Assembly (NCBI GenBank): GCA_038087875.1 | Contig: CM075997.1 | Location: forward strand, 806,001-870,000 | Origin: Malacoraja senta | Taxonomy: Eukaryota | Direction: 5' to 3' | DNA length: 64,000 nucleotides | Part shown: positions 38,165 to 51,929 of the stretch, piece by piece | Position numbering within the stretch: position 1 is the first letter of the stretch | Layout of the letters: the number at the start of each line of letters is the position of its first letter | Made by a program: the position numbers and the translations under genes | The notes under the pieces: model-generated | The model's input: only the letters and a program-made list of their open reading frames with translations | The model's database searches: none | What the model was told of the DNA's origin: nothing

Positions 38165-39482
38165 CTGTGCCAGAGGAGAGACAAAACTGTTTAGTTTATT
38201 GTCTAAGGTAGACACAAAATGCTGGAGTAACTCAGCGGGTCAGGCAGCATCTCTGGATAGAAGGAATGGGTGACGTTTCGGGTCGAGACTCTATTTCAGA
38301 CTCAACCCGAAACGTCACCCATTCCTTCTCCCCAGAGATGCTGCCTGACCCGCTGAGTTAATCACGCATTTTGTGTCCATCTTTGGCTTAAACCAGCATC
38401 TGCAGTTCCTTCCTACAAGATTACAATCGAGCCATTTACAGCGTATAGATACATGATAAGGGAATAACGTTTAGTGAAGAAATGTTGTTGGAGGAAGAGA
38501 GAGTTGAGAGTGTGGCGCGATTGCAATATGCAATAGTAGGCACAATCTGCTTCTGTGGCTAGTATGTAAATAGTCACCTGGGTTGGAAGCCATCTTGGAA
38601 GCCATCTTGGAGTTTAATGACCAGAACTGGGGGAGACCATGTTAAAATTGAAACTATCAAATCAAAGACAGACACAAGGCGCCAGAGGAACTCAGCAGGT
38701 CAGGCAGCATCTGTGGAGGGAATGGACAGATGACTTTTTGGGTTGGAACATTTCTTCGAACTTGAGTCTGAAGACGGGTCCAGACCCAAAATGTTGTCTG
38801 CCCATTCCCTCCACAGATGCTGACTGACCTGCTGAGTTCCTCTAACACTTTGTGCTTTGCTCAAGGATCCAGCATCGGCAGCTTGTCTCTCGGACTCAAA
38901 GTAATAGCTTTGGTTCTGCAGAGTTGTTTTTTTAAGTGGTGAAGACACTTGTGACGTCTCTTATCCAATGGCTGAGAGGAGTCATTAGACAATAGATGCA
39001 GGAGTAGGCTATTTGGCCCTTCGAGCCAGCACCGCCATTCAATGTGATCATGGCTGATCATCCCCAATCAGTACCCCGTTCCTGCCTTCTCCCATATCCC
39101 CTGACTCCGCTATTTTTTAAAAGCCCTATCTAGCTCTCTCTTGAAAGCATCCAGAGAACCTGCCATCATTGGAAACCTGACCCACAAGACCATAAGACGG
39201 AGGAGTTGAATTAGACCATTCGGCCCATCAAGTCTAGTCTGCCAGTTGATCGTGGCTGATCCATGTTTCTCCCTCAACCCATTTTTTCTGCATTCTCCCC
39301 ATATATAACCACCGCCTTCTGAGTGAAAATGTCGCTCAGGTTGCTATTAAATCTTTCCCTTCTCACCTTGAACACATGTCCTCTGGGTAAAAGTCTCTGT
39401 GCATTCACCCAATTCATCCCACTCATAACCACCCTTCAACCTCCTGCGCTCCAAGGAACAAAGTATTTAAGAAAGTGATTAC

Positions 39483-39686
39483 TTTTCTTTTCGAAGTTAG
39501 ACGTGGGAGGCTGAGCTAGCCTGCGGATGGAAGTGTTTGGCATGGGTAGGTGCTGGTGAAGATCACATCGTTTGGAAGGGCCTGGTCGATGGCAGCATGC
39601 TGGGAGTTGGTGTAGGTCGGATCCCTTCGACCGCTGCAGATACTTTCATCGGACAGGGTTCGCTGCAGGTTCTTCCGCGAAGAATG
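39483..39686 (-). CDS. SIPA1L3: SIPA1L3 exon with apparent 1-nt deletion near 39529-39530
   Basis: tttccag|CAT acceptor. HSSRKNLQRTLSDESICSGRRDP...LPNDVIFTSTYPCQTL, then (P)IRRLAQPPTSNFEKK(T)|gtaatc only after adding one base. Confidence 0.88.
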
Positions 39687-41124
39687 CTGGAAAGCAGCAA
39701 CGATTCGCTTGGTTATAAATGAAATACAAATAAACATACTCGCCCGCCCAGAAGATAGACACAAAATGGTGGAGTAACTCAGCGGGACAGGCAGCATCTC
39801 TGGAGAGAAGGAATGGGTCGAGACCCTTCTTCAGACACACTGCCCAGATAGAGACCCATCCACCCACCAGGTCCATGTTGACCATTTGGGGCGGCACAGT
39901 GGCGCAGCGGGTAGAGCTGCTGCCTCACAGTGCCAGAGACCCGGATTAGTTCCTGATCTCGGGTGCTGCCCTGTGCAGAGTTTGCACCTTCTCCCCGTGA
40001 CCGCGTGGTCGCTCCTCGCGCCTGACCCGCTGAGTTACTCCAGCTTCTTGTGTCGGTCTTTTCTGTACTGTTCTACTTTCTATTAACAGGCACTGAGGAA
40101 CATGGAACGTGGCCCCGATGCTGGGGGTGGCAGAGACACAGATTCAAGGTCACTGCTGCCCCAGGCCACTTACACAGTGCCAGTTTCAAACTGCTGCAAG
40201 ATATTGTTTTAGACGAAAGCTGAGGAAGAGGAGAGCATGTTTCAGTGAATCAGCAACACACACTTGCTCGAGCATGAAATTTCTCACTGTGAACAACAAG
40301 CCAGAGAAACACTGGCAGCAATGTGACTTCACAGCTCACTGCACTACCCACTGACCCGTTCTGCAAGGCTGCGATTTGATTTAATTCACGAGTGCTGACT
40401 GCGGCGTTCTCAGCATGTTCTCACAGCCCATCCATCTCCCGACATTACCTCACTCACCCATTTGCTCCTTGCAGCCACGCGGTCACGTCACAGGGGGAAC
40501 GTACAAACTGCGTACGGACAGCGCTTGTAGTCAGGATTGAACTCGGATCTCTTGGCTGTTCGGCAGAGACTTTAGAGATACAGCGCGTGTGATGTATATA
40601 TGTAATATAAATGCCAGGCCCCTTTAATATAAATGCCTGTGCCTCGTGATTGAGGTCAGGTGACCTTCGAGAAGTTTCCGTGGGTTGTTCAGATTAAATC
40701 TTACTTACAAGATGTCGGCCGTGTTTTCTTGTGCTAGTCACGTGGTTTCAAACTTTACATGGAGTCAGAAGTGGGATTACAGCGCGGAGCGGGCCCCTCG
40801 ACCACCTGGTTCGTGCCGACCATCGATCGCCCCGTGCGCTAACACTTTCCTACACACATGGATGATTCACAATGTTACTGAAGCCAATTAACCTACAAAC
40901 CTGTACATCTTTGTAGTGTGGGAGGAAATCGGAGCACCCGGAGGAAACCCACATGGTCACGGGGAGAACGTACAAACTCTGTACAGACAGCACCCGTGGT
41001 CTGGGTCGAACCTGGGTCACTGGCGCTGTGAGGCAGCAACTGTACCGCTGCGCCGGCCATTGGCAAGGGGCACTTGGTAATTCAGACTCGGTAAACCCAG
41101 CCACACACCCACATCGGGACGTAC

Positions 41125-41290
41125 AAGCATATCCCTATCTGTCTCCGGCAGGGGGCTGTCCAGCAGAATAAGCTTCTTCAGATCCTCCTCCAGGGTGGAC
41201 TTGTGGGCTCTGCGCGGCGATCGGAGGTCTCGGAGAGATGCCCGCAACCTGGGCTGCCCAAAGACGTTAGTAGAGGCAACATTGGCTGAC
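41125..41290 (-). CDS. SIPA1L3: SIPA1L3 exon
   Basis: cccag|G ... CTT|gtacgt, 166 nt. SANVASTNVFGQPRLRASLRDLRSPRRAHKSTLEEDLKKLILLDSPLPETDRDML. Confidence 0.94.
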
Positions 41291-41794
41291 CTGGGAGGAG
41301 AGAGAAGGCAGAATTTCAGATCCTTACCAACACACGAGCATCAATATTTATACAAACTGAATTATAAACCAGTCGTCATTTAAAGTTGATGAATAATATG
41401 TCAAAGATCCAAAGAAGTTTGTGGAAAGCACTCCGTTCGTTCTCTCCCACTGAGTGGCACAATTTTAATACCAATTCCTCATTTTTTGAGGTGACACAAT
41501 GGCGCAGCGGTAGAGTTGCTGCCTTCCAGCGCTTCCTTACAGCGGTTCGATCCCGACTACGGGTGCTGTCTGTACGGAGTTTGTACGTTCTCCACGTGAC
41601 CGCGTGGGTTTTCTCCCAGGTCTTCGGTTTCCTCCCACACTCCAAAGACGTGCAGGTACGTCAGTGAATTGACTTGGTAAATGTAACAATTGTCCCCAGT
41701 GTGTGTGGGATAGTGTTAATATGCAGGGATCGCTGGTCGGCGCGGACCGAAGGGCCTGTTTCCATGCTGTATCTCTAAACTAAACCAAATCAGT

Positions 41795-41822
41795 CTGAAG
41801 AAGGGTTTCGGCCCGAAACGTC
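41795..41822 (+). ncRNA. Minimal hammerhead ribozyme motif (Penelope-associated), intact example
   Basis: CTGAAGA-A-GGGT(TTCG)GCCC-GAAAC-GTC: catalytic core, stem II and GUC triplet. Confidence 0.6.
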
Positions 41823-43170
41823 GCCTATTCCTTCGCTCCATAGATGCTGCTGCACCCGCTGAGTTTCTCCAGCCTTTTTGTGTTACCTTCGATTTTCCAG
41901 CATCTGCAGTTCCTTCTTAAACAGCTTCCTTGTTATTTGTCTTTGGGAAATTCATTGTCTATGGAGGTGAAGGCAGTGGCTGCCCTGGCCACAGTTGTAA
42001 GAGGTGAAAGATGGGCAACCCCCATTAACTCACCGCAGATGGAAGGGAGTCCATGGACTGCACCTCCTCTACACTGCACTGGACAACGCAAACTCAAGGA
42101 CATGGAATGAGAAAGGGGCAATCAATTTTTTAATTTATTTCCATACATCTTGTACTTCTATGCGATTGGAGGCATAAAAGACTGGAATTTAGTTTGGTTT
42201 AGAGACATAGCGCGGAAACAGGCCCTTCGGCCCACCGAGTCCACACTGACCAGCGATCCCCGCACACTAACACTACCCTAAACACACTAGGAACAACTTA
42301 CACTTATACCAAGCCAATTAACCTACAAGCCTTTGGAGTCTTTGGAGTGTGGGAGGAAACCGAGGTCGCGGGGGAAACCCACGCAGGTCACGGGGAGAAC
42401 GTACAAACTCCGTACAGGCAGCACCCGTAGTCGGGATCGAACCCGGGTCTCTGGCACTGCAGGCGCTGTAAGGCAGCAACTCCACCGCTGCGCCACCGTG
42501 CCACCCCCTATGTCGAGGCAGCAAGGAAAGTCACCACATCTGCGAAGCCGTTCAGACGCCACGACCCTTCAGGAAAGAATCAACTGACAGGATGTAACAG
42601 GGGCACACAACTGCGTCAGGCTTTTTAAACGGGAAGAAGGCCAGCCTTTTGATCGTGCTTACAAACTTCTAATACATATTTGCTAGAACAAAAACACTTG
42701 GCCAGGCAGTGGTGCTGTGCATTCTGACAACCAGAGCCTTGTGCAGGAACCGTTGCCAAATCACCCCCACCCACCCCCCCTCCCCTGTCTCTAGGCAGAA
42801 ATATTTGACACTCTTCAGATCTCGACTGCCAGCATCAATCGGTTTTGATGTCTCCTGCAAATGCATTCTGGTCTCTGAAAGGGGAAGCGACCAACAGATT
42901 GGGAGTGTAAAGGCCCTGGAATGTCTCCACTCATCTCACCACATGTTGGCAATTAGGCTGCAGTCCCTGGCGTGGCAACAAAGGCAGCGAACGTCAATGA
43001 ATGGGTGGGTGCAGTCAGAGGAACATCCCTAGATATCTTCACCCTCACCCTGTGGGAAATATCACATTCTTTCCCCTTTGCTGTACTTAAAATACAATTA
43101 CTGCTTCATTTCGTGCTGTATATTTCGCCTTATGAGGAAGGTCTAAGGAAGCATTATTTTTCAGGACACA

Positions 43171-43564
43171 AGAGTGCTGGAGTAACTCAGCGGGTCAGGC
43201 AGCATCTGTGGAGAACATGGATAGGTGACGTTTCACAGAGTGCTGGAGTAACTCAGCGGGTCAGGCAGCATCTGTGGAGAACATGGATAGGTGACGTTTC
43301 ACAGAGTGCTGGAGTAACTCAGCGGGTCAGGCAGCATCTGTGGAGAACATGGATAGGTGACGTTTCACAGAGTGCTGGAGTAACTCAGCGGGTCAGGCAG
43401 CATCTGTGGAGAACATGGATAGGTGACGTTTCACAGAGTGCTGGAGTAACTCAGCGGGTCAGGCAGCATCTCTGGAGAACATGGATAGGTGACGTTTCAC
43501 AGAGTGCTGGAGTAACTCAGCAGGTCAGGCAGCATCTGTGGAGAACATGGATAGGTGAAGTTTC
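43171..43564. repeat. 66-bp tandem repeat, 6 copies, of Penelope-like terminal sequence
   Basis: AGAGTGCTGGAGTAACTCAGCGGGTCAGGCAGCATCTGTGGAGAACATGGATAGGTGACGTTTCAC units. Confidence 0.95.
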
Positions 43565-46500
43565 GGGGTTGGGACTCTCCTCCAGTCATGTCCTCCAGAG
43601 ATGCTGCCTGACCTGCTGTTTTACTCCAGCAAGCTGCCTACTCCATGCTGCCGACTCCAGCAAGATAGACACAAAGTACCGGAGCACCCGGAGAAAACTC
43701 ACGCAGGTCACGGGGAGAAGGTACAAACTCCGTAATGACAGCACCCGTAGTCAGGATCGAACCTGGGTCTCTGGCGCTGTGAGGCAGCAACTCTACCGCT
43801 GCGCCATCGTGATGCAATTGCTGAATTTTATTCCTGAGCCGAATTAATCCATTTTAAATTTCTTTAGATGATCAAAATGTAAAAGTACTTACATCATCAA
43901 GGATTGCGATCATCCATTTGCAAAAAGGTTGCTGGTATCCTTAATTCCAAACATTTTTCCATTAACCACTGCCCACATCCTGCTTGTGGATCTGGCATCC
44001 TGGTCATATTTTCTGCATTTATTGCTATTTGTGCATATGCATAATCCAAGTTATTTATCGAGAATTGGGGCAATAGGGATTCGGGTGCTGGGCACATGGT
44101 TACAAAATCGATTATTGTCCTTTGAAGTCAAAAGCAATCGATTTTCCCGTTGGTTACAATGCCCATTACACTTAGTCAAGCATTGACAACAAATGAGCTA
44201 ACATGGACACAAAAAGCTGGAGTAACTCAGCGGGACAGGCAGCATCTCTGGAGAGAGGGAATGGGTGACGTATCGGGTCGAGACCCTTCTTCAGACACGA
44301 AACATCACCCATTCCTTCTCTCCAGAGGTGCTGCCTGTCCCGCTGAGTTACTCCAGCGTTTTTGTGTCTATCTTTGGTTTAAACCAGCATCTGCAGTTCC
44401 TTCCTACACAATTGAGCCAACATAGTCACAGGACGCTGCCTTTTGTGTGACTGTGTTCATTCCGAGCCCTCACCAGCGGGCCATTTTGAGTCGTTTATCG
44501 TCAGGCCTCAAACATCTCAGGGCACTACGGTGGCGCAGCAGGTAGAGTTGCTGCCTCACAGCGCCAGAAACCCGGGTTCGATCCTGACTACGGGTGCTGT
44601 CTGTACGCAGTTTCTACGCTCTCCCCGTGACCTGCGTGGGTTTTCTCCGAGATCTTCGGTTTCCTCCCACACTCCAAAGACATACAGGTTTGTAGGTTTG
44701 GTATAAATGTAAATTGTCCCTAGTGTGTGTAGGGTGGTGTTAATGTGCGGGGGATCACTGGTCAGTGGGCCGAAGGGCCTCTTTCCACTGATGTATCTCT
44801 AAACTAAACTAAATCTAATTATAGCTATAATTGAATTATCCAATATCAGACTATACTCCCCCTCCTCCTCCCACCCCTGCTCTCTTTTCTGTGCCCCCCC
44901 TCCATCTTTTGTACGCTCATCTCCTATCCCCGATTCCTTCATTTCCCTTTTATTCACCCCCCCCCCCACCCCTTTTCCCTTCTCTATCCCCTTCCATCCA
45001 TATCCCTTCCTCCAGCTTTAGATTGCACTCCTCCTCTCCCCACCTGACAGCCTTTTGTCTCATTTTCTCCTTTAGCCTTGCGGACACAAGGAACTGCAGA
45101 TGCCGGTTTACAGGAAAAGGCACATAGTGCTGGAAGAACTCAGAACACAGCAGGTCAGGCAGCATCTCCAGCGGTCATGGATAGGTGACGTTTCGGGTCG
45201 GGACCCTTCTCTAGACTCTCCTCAAGGCACAAGGAACTGCAGTTGCCGGTTTGCAAGAAAAGACACCAAGTGCTGGAAGAACTTAGATAGACAGGACAGG
45301 TTTAGAGGGATATGGGCCAAAATGCAGGCAAGATGGGACTAGCGTAGATGCTCGGTGTAGACAAGTTGGGCGTAAGGGCCTGTTTCCACACTGTAAGACT
45401 CTATTGCTCAGTGGGTCAGGCAGCATCTCTATGGATGACGTTTCGGGTCAGGACACTTCTCTCCACTCTCCAAGGCTGTGGAGTTGGGATTCCTGTGGGG
45501 AACTGCCGGGTGGGCGGTCTGTATTAGACAAGCAGAGATTGCCCCCCACATCGCAAGGAAGCAATTATCTCCCAACTAACCTGCCCTGCTGTTTCCGACA
45601 ACTTCCCCATGAGGAACAGATAATGTAAACATTTTGTGAAGTTCAAGCTGAGTTTCATCCTGGACTAATATCTTTCTCAACGCTTTATGCCAGAAACACT
45701 ACTCCCAGGGTAAACTCTTTTCTTTCCAAAAATTTAAATCAAACTAATATGTTGTTGGGATTATTCAAGAAATTATGCTATTTTGTGTGGGAAGGAACTG
45801 CCGATGCTGGGCTTAAACCGAAGATAGACACATAAAGCTGGACTAACCCAGCGGGTCAGACAGCATCTCTGCATAAAGGGAATAGGTGACGTTTCGGGTC
45901 GAGCCCCTTCTTCAGACGCATGCTATTTTACTGCCTAAAGCCTTAACTAAGCAGGCAAGAAGAGTTGGATCACAAGAGACTGCACATGCTGGAATCTCTG
46001 GTGATCGTTGGTCGGTGTGGACTGGGTGGGCCAAAGGGCCAGTCTGCAGGCTGTATCTCAACTAAACCTTCGGGATCAACACCCCATTTTCTGTCTACTA
46101 GGCAACTTGCGGCCTTTCAAACTCAATATTGGAGACACAAGAAGCTGGAATCCTGAGCAAAACACAAAGTGCTGGAGGAACTCAGTGATTCAGGCTGCAT
46201 CTGTTCATTAGTTGTGGGAACAGAGTTACACCATTTGGCCCATCAAGTCAATCAGTCATGGCTGATCTATCTCTCCCTCTCAACCCCATTCTCATGCCTT
46301 CTCCCCATCTATCTCTGCCTTAAATATCCATTGACTTGGCCTTCACAACCATCTGTGGCAATGAATTCCACAGATTCACCACCCTCTGACTAAAGTGGGC
46401 CTTTTTTTCATCCATTTCAGTAACCGGACCCGACCCGCAGTGTAATCAACGTTGCGGGGGAACAGTTTGTGTTGATAAATTAAAATTCTGACAATGAGGA

Positions 46501-49500
46501 GAAGATTTTTACCAAAGAGGTTTTATACTTACGAGGATGTTTCCGTAACCGGCTTCCGTCTCCGCACTAGTTATCTTTGCTCCGTATCTATGGGATCTTT
46601 GGTGCGGAGACGGAAGCCGGTTACGGAAATGGGGCCGAAAATTACCCATGACCGTACCACGTCTTTTTCGTCGAGTGGACTATCTTGCTCGCTATAGGAT
46701 CTTTGATGCAGATAGGATCAACTAAGAGAGAGAGCGAGAGCGAGAGCGCGAGGGAGCGAGAGAGCGAGAGAGACACACACACACACACAAGCAACTGCAG
46801 ATGCTGGAACATTGTGTAGAACAAAGTGCTGGACGATCCCAGCGGGTCAGGCAGCACCTGTGGGAGGGAATGGACGTACGGTGTGCTGGGTCATGATGGG
46901 ACTGGTGCAATAAGCATGGCGTGGTATTTTACATAGTGATGAAGCTTTCCCACCGAAGAGCTTATTCAGTGATATGACTGATAAAAAAAAACTCCTCAAA
47001 TTACATTTGCAGATCAGATACAAAGGCTTCTTGAGTTTATTAGGACAGTGAGAAGCTGCAGGCTGCTGTTAATATGCAGCAATTTCCCTTATATAACCTA
47101 CATCTGGTGGCTTTGAACCAGGAACCTCTGCCTTTCACTAAATCTATTGAACTGTACACCAAACATCTGATATGCAGAATGGTCTAAATATCAGAGTCAG
47201 AGTTCTTTCTGTGGAGGAGGTTGTATTAACCCTGTAGTATCATTGGACTTCGAGAGGCAGATCTCATTTAATTCCAAAGAAAAAAAAAAATCACATTTTA
47301 TCTTGCGCACACAGACATAACATTCAATACCTTTAGAAATGAAACGGTTAGTGGTTTCAGATTTTCTAGGATTCAATTAGTTAGGAGATTCGCTGAGCAC
47401 TGGCAGATACCCAGAGCTATCTAAATTCAACTGGTTAAACAAAATGCTGACTATTTTAAAAAAAATCCTGCTTGTGAGGGAACTGGAGGAAAGATAATAA
47501 CTAATGCAGAATAAATTAGTTTTAGTTTAGCTTAGAGGTACAGCGTGCAAACACGCCCTTCGGCCCACCGAGTTGGCGCTGACCAGCCATCCCAGCACAC
47601 TAGCACTATCCTACACGCCAGGGACAACTTACACCAATTAATCTACAAACCTGCACGTCTTTGGAGTGTGGGAGGAAACCGGAGCACCCGGAGAAAACCC
47701 ACGCAGGTCACGGGGAAAAAGTACAAACTCCGTACAGACAGCACCCGTGGCCAGGATTGAACCCGGGTCTCTGGTGCTGTAAGGCAGCAACTCTACCGCT
47801 GCCCGACCTCTACGATCCATTTTAAACATCATTACAACCGATTCAATATTAAGGTGCATTGCAAATTCTGCAGATGAAAGCCACAAAGGTTATGCATTAA
47901 ATTACACACAACCAACCCCCAATCATCAGGACAGAAGGAAATCCCTCCCCTCCCTTTGAGAAAAGTAGAGCAAGTCAGTGAGAGGGAAGACACTGTATAG
48001 AATCTATTACAGTTGAAGACTATTTCTATATAGTAGAACTGTCATTGCCACTGAAGGTTGTGGAGGGCAAGTCAGTGGATATTTCTAAGGCAGAGATAGA
48101 TAGATTCTTGATTAGTACGGGTGTCAGGGGTTATGGGGAGAAGGCAGGAATATTGGGTTAGGAGGGAGAGATTGATCAGCCATGATTGAATGGCGGAGTA
48201 GACTTGATGGGCCGAATGGCCTAATTCTGATCCTATCACTTATGACCTTATTACAGCAGATGACTGTAATGGATCTTTCCATTTGTAGAAGACAATCGCA
48301 GAGAACTATTCCTCTTAACAAACCAATAACTGCACTTGTTAACTGAGAACATGCGTAATTGGTTGCAGCCCAAGCCCCTGGATAGAGTGAAGGTGGTCGC
48401 GCCATGCCAACGCTGGGCTTTAAGTGGAGGGAAAGCCCGTGGGAGATCAAGAACCTCAGATCCGGGTTGCAAGGAGAGAGTGGACGAAGCAAGAGTTTGC
48501 AATGATTCTGGTTTCCAGTGTATTGCCAGAGAAGATAATCTGCAAGAATCATCTCTGAAGGAGCAAGTTTTGAAACCTAGAAACACAGTGCGGCAGAGAC
48601 CAGGAAAGATTCCACCAAGGAGTGCAAGTGAAAGCTAGCGAGCATTTGCCCAACAGAGTTTCAGTGACAGTTTAGTTTATTGTCACATGTACCGAGGTAC
48701 AGTGAAAAGCTTTTGTTGCATGCTAACCAGTCAGCAGAAAGACCGTACACGATTACAATTGAGATCGGTGTCTTGCCCGAGAGCCAGGTGCAGAGGTAGC
48801 CTTCCTCCAGATCTTCCTGGTGGCGATACCTTGCCATTCTTCAGCAATAAAGAAAGCCAAGGCTACGGAGGGGCACGAACGGGACCAAGAATTGTAGCGT
48901 TGAAAGGAAATGAAGCCAAAAGCACCGATTGATGAATGATGGACACACGGGAGGATAGACACCAGAGATAGACACAAAATGCTGGAGTAACTCAGCGGGA
49001 ACAGGCAGCGTCTGGAGAGACGCAATGGGTGACGTTTCGGGTTGAGACCCTTCTTCAGACTCAAAACTGGACATGTTATTGTTTTAGGATAAAATGTCAA
49101 GAGAAACGGGCTGGCAGCGGTGGAGTTGCTGCCTCGGGTGCTGTCTGTACGGAGTTTGTACGTTCTCCCAGTTACCTGCGTGGGTTTTCGCCAGCTGCTG
49201 CCAGCTTCCTCCCACACTCCAAAAAACAGGTTTGTAGGTTAATTGGCTTCGGTAAAATTGTAAATTGTCCCTAGTGTGTGTGTGTGTGGGATAGTGTTAA
49301 TGTGCGGGGATTGTTGGCCGGGCGCAGACTATGCGGGCCTGTTTTCACGCTGTATCTCCAAACAAAGCTCCGAAGTAGAGTAAGCATGCTGAAATGTTGG
49401 AGTCACCAGCTTCCTTTAGCCCCAGTAATCACAGAGATGGTGAGGTGCACATGCGGAAGAATGAGCTACACAGCAGAAGCGCGTATCGGTACAGACTGTT

Positions 49501-51089
49501 TTGTTTCCTTGTGCGGGAAGGAACTGCAGACGCTGGTTTAAACCGAAGATAGACACAAACTCTAGAGTAACTCAGCGGGACAGGCAGTATCTCTGGAGAG
49601 AAGGAATAGGTGACGTTTCGGGTCGAGACCCTTCTTCAGACGGGTTGGGTCTCAAGACCGAAACGTCACCCATTCCGTCTCTCCAGAGATGCTGCCTGTC
49701 CGCTGAGTTACTCTAGAGTTTGTGTCTATCTTCTGTTTGGTACTAGCCCCTTCGGCCCACCGAGTCTGTACTGTTCTATATTCTATATTATGCATTATAG
49801 GAAACGCCTACATTTTCCAGCATTAGAAATTTGGCCAATTAAAAAAAGAAAATGCATTTGCTGTTCCTCTCTATTCATTAAAAACAGATGTATCAATAAA
49901 TATACCTCGTGGGCCAAATTCAGTTGTGGAGTAACACTATTTTCTCTCTTCACAATGAGAGGCATTGTTCCCTGGCTCTGTACAACTAGGGGCTGCCCTC
50001 ATTATGTGGCAAAACCTGCAGAGAATTTTCAGAGAGCTCAGGGCTGATTGGTGTCATGACTCCATGTGCTGAAGCAAAGCTTCAACTTGTGGGTTAAGAG
50101 ATAATATCATCGCTGACTGTCATATTAAATTCAACAGGGAATTTAGAAGGAATGTCTCCACTCATAGAGATGTGGGAACATGGAAATTGCTCCCACAGGA
50201 AGTGTTTGAGACAAAAAGAAGATTCATTTACGAGGAAGCTTTTAAAAAAAAGACAAGAGGGAAGGCAAATTGATTGACTGAAAGATACAGCCCCTTCGGC
50301 CCATCGAGTTTACGTCGACCAGACGTTCACACTAGTTCTATGTTATCCCACATCCGCATCCACTCCCTACGCACCAGGGGCAAGTATACAAAGGGCTAAT
50401 TAACCTGCAAACCTGCATGTTGTTGGTAGGAGGAAACGAGAGCACCCGGTGGAAACCCACACAGTGACAGGGAGAAGGTGGAAACTCCACACAGGCAGCT
50501 CCCAAGGTCAGGATGGAACACAGAATGCTGGAGTAACTCAGCGGGACAGGCAGCATCTCTGGAGAGAAGGAATGGGTGACGTTTCGGGTCGAGACTCTTC
50601 TTCAAACTGAGAGTCGTGGGGGGGGGGGGGGGGAAGAGGGAGACTAGAGGTGTGGAAGGGTAAGGTGTGAAAATGACAGATCTAAGCAGACGGATGAACA
50701 CGGGTCTCTGGCGCTGTGAGGCAGTGGCTCTACCATCCGCCCCACTCTGCCGGAAAGACAACGGAAAGAAGAAGACAGATATGTTTAAGTAAAAGATAAA
50801 CACCAAATGCCAGAGTAACTCAGCGGGACACACAGCATCTCTGGAGAGAAGGAATGGGTGACGTTTTGGGTCAAGACCCTTCTTCAGACGGAAAATCACG
50901 GGAAAAGGAAACGAGAGATATAGACGATGATGTAGAGAGATATAGTAAGCACTGGTGGGGACCAGTGGGGCCAAATAGTCTGCTTCTGACTACAATCCAT
51001 GACATAAAGTGTGGTGTAAAACCAAAGCCCCAGACATTTTGTTGATTGCAAAAGACTGAGGTCCAAACTGCTTGCAACGTGACTCCTAC

Positions 51090-51284
51090 GTTTTAGCCTC
51101 GGTGAATCCAGAATGTCGACCCTGGGAGCTGGAGGAGATTTTCCAGCCAGCTGGACACATGTTCTTCACATTCTGATAGGAGTCGAAGGATTTGGGAACT
51201 GAAGCTGAGAGCTGAGGGCAGGGCGCCAGTGGCTTGGGCAGGTCCGGTGGCGGGGTCTTGTGGGTGCGAGGGGTGTATCCTGGC
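51090..51284 (-). CDS. SIPA1L3: SIPA1L3 exon
   Basis: ttgcag|G ... AC|gtagga, 195 nt. PGYTPRTHKTPPP...QLSASVPKSF...PAGWK...FTEAK. Confidence 0.9.
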
Positions 51285-51929
51285 CTGCAATGCAAGGGTG
51301 CGGGGAAAACAAAATTAAAAAATAACTGAAAATAAGCAAGCAACTTAGAAATAAAAGCGTTTTACTAACTTTAAGCAATTTCCGCCTTTCTCCCTCTGTC
51401 TTCTCACTTTTTTAAAGTTGAGTTTGGTTTAGTTTATTATCACGAGAGGGCAGAGAAAGGGCATAAATTTAAACCCAGGTAACCAGAACCCAACACAAAG
51501 TACCAGGGACTCTCAGCCTGTAGAGCATCAAGACACACAAGTTACTCAAAGTAATCTGGGGCGGCATGGTGGCGCAGCGGGTAGAGTTGCTACCTCACAG
51601 CGCCAGAGACCCGGGTTCGATCCTGACTACGGGGGCTGTCCGCATGGAGTTTGTACGTTCTCCCCGTGACCTGCGTGGGTTTTCTCCGGGAACTTCGGTT
51701 TCTTCCCACACTCCAAAGACGTGCAGGTTTGTAGCTTAATTGGTTTGTTGTAAATGTAAAAATTGTCCCTGGTGTAGATAGCGTTAGTGTGCGTGGATCA
51801 CTGATCGGTGCGGACTCAATGGGCCGAAGGGACTGCTTCCGCGCTGCATCTCTACCTGCTGAGTTACTCCAGCATTTTGTGTCTACTTCAGCATATTAGT
51901 TCCATTTACATGCTTTTGTTGCGTGCCAT

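Noticed and set aside
42972..43847. 291-aa ORF with 22-aa repeats
   Set aside because: 66-bp tandem repeat of a transposon terminus plus a SINE.
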